Assembly: GCA_964492135.1 (NCBI GenBank)
Contig: CAZBJW010000004.1
Span: 294-64,293, forward strand
Origin: an uncultured Anaerolineales bacterium
GTDB taxonomy: Bacteria; Chloroflexota; Anaerolineae; UBA7937; B3-Chlor
DNA length: 64,000 bases
Direction: 5' to 3'
The position numbers were made by a program, and so were the translations under genes. Position 1 is the first letter of the stretch, and each line of letters opens with the position of its first letter. Positions 26,654-36,115 of this stretch are shown here, in pieces. Under the pieces are notes generated by a model. The model did no database searches. It was given only the letters and a program-made list of their open reading frames with translations, and was not told the origin of the DNA.

Positions 26654-27965
26654 TCAGGCTGATACGCTTCGAAGACAGATTATTGAATTGGTACGACAGT
26701 ATTATGCCGCGGCTTTTCCTGACGGTGCTTTTGTGCCAGGTGAGTCACCAATTCTGTATGCCGGGCGCGTCTTTGATGCGCACGAGTTGATCCATCTGGT
26801 AGAAGCGGCCCTGGATTTCTGGTTGACCACCGGACGCTTTGCTGATCGGTTCGAGCGTGAGTTTGCAGGCTTCTTCGGCCTCCGTCACGCTATTCTGGTT
26901 AATTCTGGTTCATCGGCCAATCTACTGGTGCTCTCCTGCCTGACCTCGCCCAAGTTGGCTGAGAGGCGTTTGAGCCCCGGTGATGAGGTTATCACAGTTG
27001 CAGCCGGTTTTCCGACTACGGTTAACCCGATCGTCCAAAACAGGCTTGTTCCAGTATTCATGGATGTCACGATACCCACCTACAACGTAGACGTGACACA
27101 GCTTGAAGGGGCCTATTCCGAGCGAACCCGTGCCATCATGCTTGCCCACACCCTGGGGAATCCTTTTGACCTCAATGCTGTGACGGCTTTCGCTCGACAT
27201 CACGATCTGTGGCTTATCGAAGACTGCTGTGACGCAGTGGGAGCTACCTACCACGGGCAGAAAGTAGGAACTTTCGGTGACCTGGCTACGGTGAGCTTCT
27301 ATCCAGCGCACCACATCACCACGGGCGAAGGGGGCTGCGTACTGACCGATCATCCAAAGCTCAAGACGCTGGTGGAATCTTTCCGAGACTGGGGGCGGGA
27401 CTGCTGGTGCAAGCCAGGGAAAGATAACACGTGCGGTAAGCGGTTTGACTGGCAATTGGGGGAGTTGCCTTACGGATACGACCACAAGTACACATATTCG
27501 CATATTGGGTATAATCTAAAACTGACCGATATGCAAGCAGCGGTGGGAGTAGCGCAACTGAAGAAGCTGCCATCCTTTATTGAGACACGGCGACGTCATT
27601 TCCGACTGTTACATAAGGGGTTAGAAGACCTGGAGGAATTCTTCATCCTGCCCCAATCAACCCCAGAAAGTGAACCCAGTTGGTTTGGTTTCCCATTAGC
27701 GATACGGCCCGAGGCACCGTTCACTCGGGATGAGGTCGTACGCTACCTGGAGAAGCACAAGATCGCGACCCGGCTGCTTTTTGGGGGAAACCTGGTACGG
27801 CAACCAGCCTACCGTGACGCTCCGTATCGGGTGGTTGGGAATCTGGAGAACTCGGATTTTGTGATGAATCACGTCTTCTGGATTGGCGTATACCCTGGCC
27901 TTTCGCAGGAGATGCTGGCGTATGTCATAGATGTGCTCCATCAAGGAGTGGAGGTGCTAAAATGA
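26619..27965 (+). CDS. rfbH: CDP-6-deoxy-4-keto-glucose 3-dehydrase (E1, RfbH/DdhC type, PMP and Fe-S dependent)
   Basis: 448 aa with an aminotransferase fold. His replaces the Schiff-base Lys ([14 protein letters not shown]), and the Cys cluster is [17 protein letters not shown]. Confidence 0.85.
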   Translation: MSGIEGFLLMNNQADTLRRQIIELVRQYYAAAFPDGAFVPGESPILYAGRVFDAHELIHLVEAALDFWLTTGRFADRFEREFAGFFGLRHAILVNSGSSANLLVLSCLTSPKLAERRLSPGDEVITVAAGFPTTVNPIVQNRLVPVFMDVTIPTYNVDVTQLEGAYSERTRAIMLAHTLGNPFDLNAVTAFARHHDLWLIEDCCDAVGATYHGQKVGTFGDLATVSFYPAHHITTGEGGCVLTDHPKLKTLVESFRDWGRDCWCKPGKDNTCGKRFDWQLGELPYGYDHKYTYSHIGYNLKLTDMQAAVGVAQLKKLPSFIETRRRHFRLLHKGLEDLEEFFILPQSTPESEPSWFGFPLAIRPEAPFTRDEVVRYLEKHKIATRLLFGGNLVRQPAYRDAPYRVVGNLENSDFVMNHVFWIGVYPGLSQEMLAYVIDVLHQGVEVLK

Positions 27966-29800
27966 CAACTAGCAAGCAAAATGTGTTTTCCGATGCAACA
28001 GCCACAGATCGAACTGTCGAAGTCTTCAAGCAAGCTGTGCGAAAAGATTTCTCCTTTCTTAAGCAGACTACACGGCTCGACGACCTCTTCGCCAAAAGTA
28101 TCCCCCTGGCGCATGGCGCGGGGTTCCTGGTGCCGGTTTGCGAGCTGCACGCCACGGACGATGGGCTAATCGCAAAGCTGGCGCAGTGGAGAGCCGAAAA
28201 CGCCTTCGCGTACCCCACGCAATTCCCAGTGACCATTGCTGGTACGACCTCGTGGCTACGTTCGAAGCTTCTCGATGTCGAGGACCGCATCCTGTTTTTG
28301 GTTCTTGATCGGTACGGAAATCCCATCGGTCATCTCGGCTTTGCCAATGCCATTAACGATGAGGGGGAGATGGAGATTGACAACGTGGTGCGTGGCGTGA
28401 AAGGGGTCCAGCCTGGTATCATGAGCAGCGCTATGGAGGCGTTGCTGAATTGGGCAGAAGAAACCATAGGGCCTCGCGTTATCTACTTGAGAGTATTCAA
28501 CGACACTCACCACGCGATCAAGTTCTATCGTAAATTGGGCTTCGAAGACGAGCATTTACTGCCTTTGCGCCGGCATGAGGAAGGCGAAAGAGTCGAATAC
28601 CGCCCATTGGCTGAAGATGACCACGATGAACCCGATAAGTACTTTCTGCGAATGGTCTATGTGCCGGACAGAACTGCAGATGCCTCTGAAATGATCCTGA
28701 CCGCAGGACCTTCGATATCGGCTCGTGAAGCGAGCTATGCTTTGGATGCAGCTCGCTATGGTTGGAATCGCCAGTGGAGTAGCTACATCAAACGATTCGA
28801 GGCTGCCTTTGCTGAATACGTGGGGACTAAGTATGCACTCAGTACGGCGTGTGGTACCGGAGCACTGCATTTGGCGTTAGCTGCTTTAGGGATCGGACCG
28901 GGTGATGAGGTAATCGTTCCTGATGTCACCTGGGTGGCAACGGGTAATGCCGTGGTCTATGTTGGGGCTACGCCAATCTTTGCAGACATCGAGCCCGGCA
29001 GTTGGTGTCTGGATCCAGCGTCTTTTGAAGCAGCGATCACCGAGCGTACCAAGGCTGTGATACCAGTACACTTATATGGTCATCCAGCGCGGATGGACAA
29101 AATCATGGAAATTGCCCGAAAGCATAACCTCTATGTGGTTGAGGATGCAGCCCCGGCGATTGGCGCCGAGTTCCAGGGGCAAAGGACCGGGACATTTGGT
29201 GACTTTGCAATGTTTAGCTTCCAGGGCGCCAAATTGGTAGTTACAGGTGAGGGTGGCATGTTGGTTACCAATGACGATGAGCTGTACAAGAGAGTTTATG
29301 CTATTTGGGATCAAGGCCGAACACCTGGAACTTTTTGGATCAGCGAGGTTGGGTGGAAATACAAGATGTCCAACATCCAGGCGGCGATCGGTTTGGGGCA
29401 ACTGGAGCGAGTTGATGAGCTCACTGAGGCAAAGCGCCGCATTTTCTCCTGGTATGCCGAGGGGCTGAAAGATGTGCCGTATGTCAGACTAAACTATGAA
29501 ATGCCCTGGGCGCGCAGTATTTACTGGATGTCCAGTTTACTTCTGGATGAGAAAGCTGACCTTACGCGCGATGAACTGCGTGAGGCTCTCAAAGAACGCA
29601 ACGTAGATACACGATCAGTCTTCCCAGCAATCAGTCAATACCCTATATGGCCAAAGCCCCAGCAACCTCAGCCCACTGCTCTTCATGTGGGAAACCAGGC
29701 GATTAACCTACCTAGCGGAGTTTGTCTGAAGCGCGAGCAAGTAAGCTACATTTGTCGCTGTATTAAAGACATTCTGGCTGAAGGGAAATGGGTAGAGTGA
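27962..29800 (+). CDS. Bifunctional GNAT-type acyltransferase :: DegT/DnrJ/EryC1 sugar aminotransferase
   Basis: 612 aa. N-terminal domain: [21 protein letters not shown]...[15 protein letters not shown]...[12 protein letters not shown] (GNAT). C-terminal domain: [26 protein letters not shown]...[10 protein letters not shown]...[15 protein letters not shown] (Lys present). ATGA overlap with rfbH. Confidence 0.75.
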   Translation: MTTSKQNVFSDATATDRTVEVFKQAVRKDFSFLKQTTRLDDLFAKSIPLAHGAGFLVPVCELHATDDGLIAKLAQWRAENAFAYPTQFPVTIAGTTSWLRSKLLDVEDRILFLVLDRYGNPIGHLGFANAINDEGEMEIDNVVRGVKGVQPGIMSSAMEALLNWAEETIGPRVIYLRVFNDTHHAIKFYRKLGFEDEHLLPLRRHEEGERVEYRPLAEDDHDEPDKYFLRMVYVPDRTADASEMILTAGPSISAREASYALDAARYGWNRQWSSYIKRFEAAFAEYVGTKYALSTACGTGALHLALAALGIGPGDEVIVPDVTWVATGNAVVYVGATPIFADIEPGSWCLDPASFEAAITERTKAVIPVHLYGHPARMDKIMEIARKHNLYVVEDAAPAIGAEFQGQRTGTFGDFAMFSFQGAKLVVTGEGGMLVTNDDELYKRVYAIWDQGRTPGTFWISEVGWKYKMSNIQAAIGLGQLERVDELTEAKRRIFSWYAEGLKDVPYVRLNYEMPWARSIYWMSSLLLDEKADLTRDELREALKERNVDTRSVFPAISQYPIWPKPQQPQPTALHVGNQAINLPSGVCLKREQVSYICRCIKDILAEGKWVE

Positions 29801-30612
29801 GCACAGGATCAAGCGCTATGCTGGCCCGTGCCATTCGTGCTCATGCTTTGCGAATGGTGAATCAAGCAAAAGCATCACATATCGGCACCTGTCTCAGCAT
29901 GGCAGACCTGCTAGCTGTGTTGTGTGGGCAGGTGCTGAAGGTAGATCCAATCCAACTAGACTGGCTCGACCGGGACCGTTTTATCCTGAGCAAGGGGCAC
30001 GGTGCTGCCATCTTGTATGCTGTGTTGGCAGAACGGAGCTTTTTCCCAGTCGAATGGCTGGACAGCTACTGCCAGAACGGCTCAATGTTGGCTGGGCATG
30101 TTACTTACGGTGTGCCAGGTGTGGAAGTTTCTACAGGCTCTTTGGGACATGGTTTGCCTATTGGTTGCGGCATGGCCCTGGCTGGCAAGCGCGAAGGCAA
30201 GTCCTACCGGGTCTTTGTAATGCTGAGTGATGGTGAGTGTGACGAAGGTTCCACATGGGAGGCAGTGCTGTTCGCACCTCATCATCGGCTGGACAACCTG
30301 ATCGCCATTGTGGACTATAACAAAATCCAAGCCTTTGGCAATGTCAAAGAAGTGCTGGACCTAGACCCACTGGCAGACAAATGGCGCGCCTTTCGGTGGG
30401 CGGTGCGAGAGATTGATGGGCACGACTATGAGCAGATCGAAGATGCCCTGACCAGCGTGCCTTTTGAACCAGGCAAGCCCAGTGCCATCGTTGCTCACAC
30501 CGTCAAGGGCAAAGGCGCCAGTTTCATGGAAAATGATCTCGTATGGCATTACAAGTCGCCTGATGACGAACAATTGGCTCAGGCACTAGCCGAGTTGGGA
30601 GTTTGCTATTGA
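29788..30612 (+). CDS. Transketolase, N-terminal (ThDP pyrophosphate-binding) subunit
   Basis: 274 aa with HIGTCLSMADLLAVL, DRFILSKGHGA, GSLGHGLPIGCGMALAGK, MLSDGECDEGSTWEA and VDYNKIQ. Confidence 0.85.
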   Translation: MGRVSTGSSAMLARAIRAHALRMVNQAKASHIGTCLSMADLLAVLCGQVLKVDPIQLDWLDRDRFILSKGHGAAILYAVLAERSFFPVEWLDSYCQNGSMLAGHVTYGVPGVEVSTGSLGHGLPIGCGMALAGKREGKSYRVFVMLSDGECDEGSTWEAVLFAPHHRLDNLIAIVDYNKIQAFGNVKEVLDLDPLADKWRAFRWAVREIDGHDYEQIEDALTSVPFEPGKPSAIVAHTVKGKGASFMENDLVWHYKSPDDEQLAQALAELGVCY

Positions 30613-31559
30613 GAACTGCTTTTATCAAAACCCTTTGTGAGCTGGCTGAGCAGGATGAACGAATTTGGCTGCTCACTGGCGATCTGGGCTATTCAGTATT
30701 AGAACGCTTCATTACACGCTTCCCTGATCGCTTTGTCAATGTGGGTGTGGCCGAGCAGAACATGACGGGCGTGGCCGCTGGCTTAGCGTTGTGCGGCAAG
30801 ATCGTTTTTACGTACTCCATCGCGAATTTCCCAATCATGCGCTGCCTGGAGCAAATTCGCAACGACGTGTGTTATCACAACTTGAATGTCAAGATTGTGG
30901 CAGTAGGAGGTGGGCTGGCCTATGGCTCAGCCGGTTATACCCATCACGCTGTCGAGGATTTAGCAGTCATGCGGGTCATGCCCAATATGACCGTTGTCGC
31001 TCCTGGCGATCCTGTTGAAGCAGGACTGGCGACCAAAGCGATAGTGAATTGGCCAGGGCCATGTTACCTACGATTGGGCAAGAGAGGTGAGCCGGCTGTT
31101 CATAGAGCCGAACCCGAGTTTCAAATTGGCAAAGCACTTGTGGTCCGAGAAGGCAACGACGTAACACTTATTAGCACAGGGGGGATGTTGGTCACAGCCG
31201 TTGAAGTGAGCGATTTGCTTGCAGCGAAGGGCGTATCAGCACGAGTAGTGAGTATGCACACTCTCAAGCCGATTGATGTGGACGCGGTACGGAAGGCAAC
31301 GCAAACAGGACTAATCGTTACCGTTGAAGAGCATACAGCAATTGGCGGACTGGGTAGCGCTGTTTCTGACGTATTGGCAACGGAAGAGAATTCCCCCTCC
31401 CTAATGACCCTGAACGCTGGAATGCAACCTGTGACGCTGGTTGGTGATCAGGCCTACTTACGTGGGCTACTAGGGCTCGAAATGCAAAGCATTGCTCGTG
31501 CGGTCTTGAGCCGTCTGGCATCTCAGAGAAGCCATGGGGCTGAGTATGGCAGCAATTAG
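30603..31559 (+). CDS. Transketolase, C-terminal (pyrimidine-binding) subunit
   Basis: 318 aa with FVNVGVAEQNMTGVAAGLALCGKIVFTYSIANF, HHAVEDLAVMRVMPNMTVVAPGD and VEEHTAIGGLGSAV. Confidence 0.85.
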   Translation: MLLRTAFIKTLCELAEQDERIWLLTGDLGYSVLERFITRFPDRFVNVGVAEQNMTGVAAGLALCGKIVFTYSIANFPIMRCLEQIRNDVCYHNLNVKIVAVGGGLAYGSAGYTHHAVEDLAVMRVMPNMTVVAPGDPVEAGLATKAIVNWPGPCYLRLGKRGEPAVHRAEPEFQIGKALVVREGNDVTLISTGGMLVTAVEVSDLLAAKGVSARVVSMHTLKPIDVDAVRKATQTGLIVTVEEHTAIGGLGSAVSDVLATEENSPSLMTLNAGMQPVTLVGDQAYLRGLLGLEMQSIARAVLSRLASQRSHGAEYGSN

Positions 31560-32391
31560 TGCTGTATTAGGCGTCTACACTGAAGAAGCACGTATCGAAT
31601 CAACACTCCGTTGCGCGTTGTGGTGTGATGAAATCGTCGTGATGGATAAGCAAAGCACCGACCGCACCCGCGAAATTGCCCAACGGTACACCGATAAAGT
31701 CTATGAGATGCCTCATTCAGAGTTTGATCCAAATGAACTTCAGAGAATCGTTGAGAGTGCCAGCGGTGAGTGGATTCTGTGGCTCACTGCCAGCGATGTC
31801 ATACACCCGGTGCTTGCTATCCAAATTCGTGAGTTGATTGAGCGTGACGACTTTCCATACGATGTTATTCATGTACCCTACCGTCGCTATGTCTTGGGCC
31901 TGGAAACGAAGCGATCGCCCTGGTATAGCAAGGTACACCCCGCTGTCTTTCGCAAACGGGTGGTGAAGATTCGTCACGACGATGTGCATGGGGCCATTAG
32001 CTTTGACACGGAGCGCCACTATGAAATGGCAAATTCCGCTGAGCATTGTATGTACCACCTCACCCATGAAACGGTAGATATTATGATGGAACGTCATTTA
32101 CGCTACTGTCGTGCCGAAGGACGCATCTTTCCGCCAGATTGGTCCATGGGTAAGGCGGCTCTAGCTACCCTAAAAGCGACTTATCGGGTATTTGTGCAGC
32201 GCAAAACACCCCTGATGGGCTGGAACGGAATTGCACTGGGAGCTGCTTATCTTTCTTACCTTTTACTCCGTTTTGTTTATATCTGGGAGCATCGCTCGTC
32301 CGAAGCCCCGGAGGTGTATCGACAGATCAGGCGCGATATTCTCGAGGCATGGAATAATCAATCACCGCTGGATGCAGGTTATGAGCGCTAG
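31534..32391 (+). CDS. GT2-family glycosyltransferase (short form)
   Basis: ISAVLGVYTEEARIESTLRCALWCDEIVVMDKQSTDRTREIAQRY...WILWLTASDVIHP. The true start may be the ATG a few codons in. Confidence 0.65.
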   Translation: MGLSMAAISAVLGVYTEEARIESTLRCALWCDEIVVMDKQSTDRTREIAQRYTDKVYEMPHSEFDPNELQRIVESASGEWILWLTASDVIHPVLAIQIRELIERDDFPYDVIHVPYRRYVLGLETKRSPWYSKVHPAVFRKRVVKIRHDDVHGAISFDTERHYEMANSAEHCMYHLTHETVDIMMERHLRYCRAEGRIFPPDWSMGKAALATLKATYRVFVQRKTPLMGWNGIALGAAYLSYLLLRFVYIWEHRSSEAPEVYRQIRRDILEAWNNQSPLDAGYER

Positions 32392-33967
32392 TCGTTTGTC
32401 TCGCGCCGAAATGGCGGTTGTTAACCTGCTCACGAGCATCCTTGCCTGGGGCTGGCCCGTGCTATTGAGCCTGGTCATTACGCCATTGCTGGTGCGGGAG
32501 CTGGGTGCGGATGCTTACGGCGTGCGGGGGCTAATTATTTCGATCACCGGCTATTTTGCCCTGCTCGATTTGGGGTTGAACGCTGCCGGGACAAAGTATT
32601 TGGCCGAATACCAAGCGAAGGGCAACAAACCACTCATTATTGAGTTGCTTGGCACAACGTTGACAACCTTTACAGTGGCCGGGTTGCTGGGGGGAGGCTT
32701 TATCTGGGCGCTGGCGGGCTGGTTCTCGAACACCGTCTTTACCATTCCCACCGACTTGCAGGTACAAAGCGTGTGGGCCTTTCGCCTCGCTGGTGTTGGC
32801 TTTTTTGTGAGCATGATTACCTGGTGGGGCTCGTCAATTCCCACCGGCTTGCAGCGTTTTGATGTCTTTAATGGCATTTCTGTGGGCTTTGGCACAATCA
32901 CCTCGCTGGGCAGCTTGGTAGCAGTGCTGCTAGGTTACGGCTTGATTGGAGTAGTGTGTGCTAATGTGCTTTCTAACATCATCGCTGTGATTGCTTATGT
33001 TATCGCTGCTCGCAAACTGTTGCCTGGCATCCTCATTCGATTCTCGTTCGACTGGGAGATGTTCAAGCGCACAACGATTTTTGGATTCTACATGGTGCTG
33101 TTTCGCATTTTTGGCATCATTTTCACTCAGCTTGATCGGACGTTGATCGGCATCTGGCTGGGGACGGCAGCTCTAACCTTTTATCTGGTACCTCACCAGA
33201 TCGCTTCGATGGTTCACCAAGTGAATGCCAAGATGATGCAGATTGTCTTCCCGATGGCTAGCGAGTTTTCGGCGGCCATGGACCAAGGGAAAGTCCGTCG
33301 CTTGTTTCTTAGGGGGACTAACCTGAGTGTGGTGGCGGGGCTAGGGATTGCCGTGCCGGTGGTGGCTCTGGCGAGGCCATTACTACAATTCTGGCTGTCA
33401 CCCGAATTCGCGGAAAAATCAACCGTTGTATTGAGCATATTGGCAGTTACCTACTTGTTGATGGGGCTGACGGCAGTGACGACTAGCGTCCTTGGTGGCA
33501 TTGGTTACCCACAGCTTGTCACAATCGGCAGCGCCACATCCGGCATTAGTGCTCTGCTCAGTTACTGGCTGCTTATTAAGCTATGGGGTATCAACGGGGC
33601 AGCGTTGGCGACAACTCTCGGCATGGTGATCACTATCGTCTACTACCTGGTTGCTTGCAAGTGGTTGGTTGGAGTTTCACTGCTGACACTGGCGCGCACC
33701 GTCTTTCGACCCCTGTTGATCGCACTGGCGATTGGTGTGCCGACTTTGCAGTTTGTCGCGCCGCGCATCGACAGTCTACGGGGTGTGCTGGTGGCTGCTG
33801 CGCTTGTGGCTGGCGTCTATGGCCTGGCGTGCTGGTTCCTAGACGTGTTTGATTCTGAAGAGAAACGAAGTCTGCTCAAGCTGGTGGGGCGCTTTGTACC
33901 CTGGTTGAGACCCGAAGAATGCGACGAGCGGGAACTCGGCGAGTCGCTAGAAGCTGAAACGCTTTGA
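32381..33967 (+). CDS. Wzx-type oligosaccharide flippase (MOP/PST family), copy 2
   Basis: Polytopic membrane protein starting MSASRLSRAEMAVVNLLTSILAWGWPVLLSLVITPLLVRELGADAYGV. The ATG overlaps the upstream stop. The 50-codon extension in the ORF track overlaps the GT2 gene and was discarded. Confidence 0.75.
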   Translation: MSASRLSRAEMAVVNLLTSILAWGWPVLLSLVITPLLVRELGADAYGVRGLIISITGYFALLDLGLNAAGTKYLAEYQAKGNKPLIIELLGTTLTTFTVAGLLGGGFIWALAGWFSNTVFTIPTDLQVQSVWAFRLAGVGFFVSMITWWGSSIPTGLQRFDVFNGISVGFGTITSLGSLVAVLLGYGLIGVVCANVLSNIIAVIAYVIAARKLLPGILIRFSFDWEMFKRTTIFGFYMVLFRIFGIIFTQLDRTLIGIWLGTAALTFYLVPHQIASMVHQVNAKMMQIVFPMASEFSAAMDQGKVRRLFLRGTNLSVVAGLGIAVPVVALARPLLQFWLSPEFAEKSTVVLSILAVTYLLMGLTAVTTSVLGGIGYPQLVTIGSATSGISALLSYWLLIKLWGINGAALATTLGMVITIVYYLVACKWLVGVSLLTLARTVFRPLLIALAIGVPTLQFVAPRIDSLRGVLVAAALVAGVYGLACWFLDVFDSEEKRSLLKLVGRFVPWLRPEECDERELGESLEAETL

Positions 33968-34029
33968 CCCATAACTTTTGCCACGTAAGACTGATAGCAA
34001 CTGGCCCACGGAATGGAGGTAGTTTCAAA

Positions 34030-35022
34030 ATGAAAGCGATTGTTACTGGTGGCGCGGGATTCATGGGTTCGCACGTTGTTGATGCGTTGCTCGAAAAGGA
34101 AGTTGAAGTTCTCGTGCTTGACGACCTCAGTGGAGGATTTCGAGAGAACGTCAGTCAACAGGCTGAGTTTGTCGAGGCGAGCATTTTAGATCACGATCTC
34201 ATCAATTCCCTATTCGAAGAGCACCGCTTTGACTATGTATTTCACCTAGCGGCATATGCTGCCGAAGGACTAAGCCACTTCATCAAACGCTTTAACTATA
34301 TGAATAACGTAGTGGGTAGTGTGAATCTCATCAATGCAGCAGTGAATTATGGGACCAAGTGTTTTTGTTTTACCTCATCAATTGCTGTGTATGGTTCCAA
34401 TCAATTGCCAATGGCTGAGGACTTGACCCCTACGCCTGAGGATTCCTATGGTATTGCCAAGCTTGCTGTGGAAAAGGAATTGCAAATCTCACATGAAATG
34501 TTCGGGTTGGACTACATTATTTTTCGTCCGCACAATGTTTATGGTGAGCGGCAAAACCTGGGGGACCGGTATCGGAACGTGATCGGCATCTTTATGAATC
34601 AGACCATGCAAGGTGAACCGCTGACGGTTTTTGGCGATGGTGAACAGACGCGAGCGTTCACTTATATCAGTGACGTAGCGCCAATAATTGCTGATAGCGT
34701 GTTTATGCCTGAAGCGTATAACCAAGTGTTCAATATTGGGGCCGATAAACCCTACTCGGTCAACAGGTTAGCGGCAGAGGTGTGCAGGGCTATGGGCGCT
34801 ACCGCGGAGATTCGCCATGTCGAACCACGTAACGAAGTTGTGCATGCCTACAGTTCACATGAGAAGGCGAAGTGTCTCTTGGGCTGGCAACCGCAGGTGG
34901 ACTTGGCTGAAGGTCTGGCTTGTATGGCAGCGTGGGCCAAGCAGGTGGGAGCCAGACGAAGTAAGCCTTTCAAAGGCATTGAGATAAGCCGCAATCTGCC
35001 CCCTGTCTGGCTAGAGGACTAG
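34030..35022 (+). CDS. NAD-dependent nucleotide-sugar epimerase/dehydratase (extended SDR)
   Basis: MKAIVTGGAGFMGSHVV preceded by GGAGG, with TSSIAVYG and the catalytic YGIAK. Confidence 0.85.
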   Translation: MKAIVTGGAGFMGSHVVDALLEKEVEVLVLDDLSGGFRENVSQQAEFVEASILDHDLINSLFEEHRFDYVFHLAAYAAEGLSHFIKRFNYMNNVVGSVNLINAAVNYGTKCFCFTSSIAVYGSNQLPMAEDLTPTPEDSYGIAKLAVEKELQISHEMFGLDYIIFRPHNVYGERQNLGDRYRNVIGIFMNQTMQGEPLTVFGDGEQTRAFTYISDVAPIIADSVFMPEAYNQVFNIGADKPYSVNRLAAEVCRAMGATAEIRHVEPRNEVVHAYSSHEKAKCLLGWQPQVDLAEGLACMAAWAKQVGARRSKPFKGIEISRNLPPVWLED

Positions 35023-35034
35023 TGGAGGTTAAGA

Positions 35035-35982
35035 GTGCCCAAGCTTTCCGTGCGAATTCCAACTCTTAATAACTACCCGGGGTTGGTCAGAGCCCTGGAG
35101 AGTGTACTGGCCCAGGACTTTGACGACATGGATATCATCATCGTGGATAATGACTCGGATGATGGCAGTTGGCCAAAGACACGCGCCCTTGTCGACCGGT
35201 ATCCTCAGATGAAAGTGATGCAGAATCCCAAGCGAGGCCTGGCTGAGAACTGGAATTATTGCGTCGAGACTGCTACAGGTGAGTATATACTTGTCTTTCA
35301 CACAGATGATGAGATGCTACCGGGAATGCTGCGTAGTTCTGTCGAGTTCTTGGATGCGCATGCCTCGGTAGGTCTTGTTCACAGTAATTGCTATGATGTC
35401 AGTCTAGATGGGAAAGAGAAACTGCGCGTCACACAAATGAAACCCATCTTGCGGGCTGGCACTGAAGCTTTGACAAAAATTGTATCTGACTGCAACATCG
35501 CCTGCTCAGCAGTAGTCGTGCGTCGAGAGTGTTATGATAGGTTGGGTTTATTTTCTCCCGCCACTCCTTCGCCGGATCCAGAGATGTGGGCACGTATTGC
35601 CAGCCAATACGATATGGGGCATATTGATGAACCACTTGTCAAAGTATACGCTCACAAGGATTCCTATGGGCGTGCTGCTATATCGAAAGACACACCTGTC
35701 GAGATTGAACATCAGTGGCGTACCCAAAACGAGAGAATAGCGAGCTATTTCCACCCAAAGGATCGTGCAAAGGCAACCCGTGGAATGGATCGTTCAATGT
35801 TCAATGGTTTGAGCTCTGCCGGTAACTTAGCCTGGACACAGCATCGGTGGAGGCGAGGACACACCTTCTTCTTGCTCACACGCAAGTATACAAACCTACC
35901 GACTTGGGCGGCCATGTATGCCAAATCTGTTCTTAGGGTGCTTAGACACACCCTACTGCGAGGCAAAGCGCATGTTTGGTGA
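35035..35982 (+). CDS. GT2-family glycosyltransferase
   Basis: LSVRIPTLNNYPGLVRALESVLAQDFDDMDIIIVDNDSDDGS and FHTDDEM. Confidence 0.85.
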   Translation: MPKLSVRIPTLNNYPGLVRALESVLAQDFDDMDIIIVDNDSDDGSWPKTRALVDRYPQMKVMQNPKRGLAENWNYCVETATGEYILVFHTDDEMLPGMLRSSVEFLDAHASVGLVHSNCYDVSLDGKEKLRVTQMKPILRAGTEALTKIVSDCNIACSAVVVRRECYDRLGLFSPATPSPDPEMWARIASQYDMGHIDEPLVKVYAHKDSYGRAAISKDTPVEIEHQWRTQNERIASYFHPKDRAKATRGMDRSMFNGLSSAGNLAWTQHRWRRGHTFFLLTRKYTNLPTWAAMYAKSVLRVLRHTLLRGKAHVW

Positions 35983-35997
35983 ATTCTCAGTTAACCA

Positions 35998-36098
35998 CCC
36001 CGCAGCAAGCTGCGGGGCTTAGCCAGCGGAAGGATTGTATTGGGGGCTGCCGCCCCCAAGCCCCCGCTCGCCATTCCTCCCCCCAGCAAGCTGGGGGG
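35998..36098. repeat. Pair of near-identical 20-nt perfect hairpins (REP-like) plus a third GC hairpin
   Basis: CCCCGCAGC-AA-GCTGCGGGG at 35998-36017, GGGGGC-tgcc-GCCCCC at 36042-36057, and CCCCCCAGC-AA-GCTGGGGGG at 36079-36098. All lie in the 133-nt gap between two GT2 genes. Confidence 0.65.
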
Positions 36099-36115
36099 TA
36101 TCCTGGCGGTTTTTC

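Noticed and set aside
32231-32380. 50-codon N-terminal extension of the second Wzx ORF
   Set aside because: It fully overlaps the 3-prime end of the preceding GT2 gene in another frame. The internal ATG at 32381 overlaps that gene's stop codon, which is the usual coupling arrangement in this operon.
36035-36115. 27-codon N-terminal extension of the GT2 ORF (MYWGLPPPSPRSPFLPPASWGVSWRFF)
   Set aside because: This stretch is made of the GC hairpin repeats. The GT2 domain starts right at the internal Met (MNPDPLVSIVTPSLN), as in typical family members.
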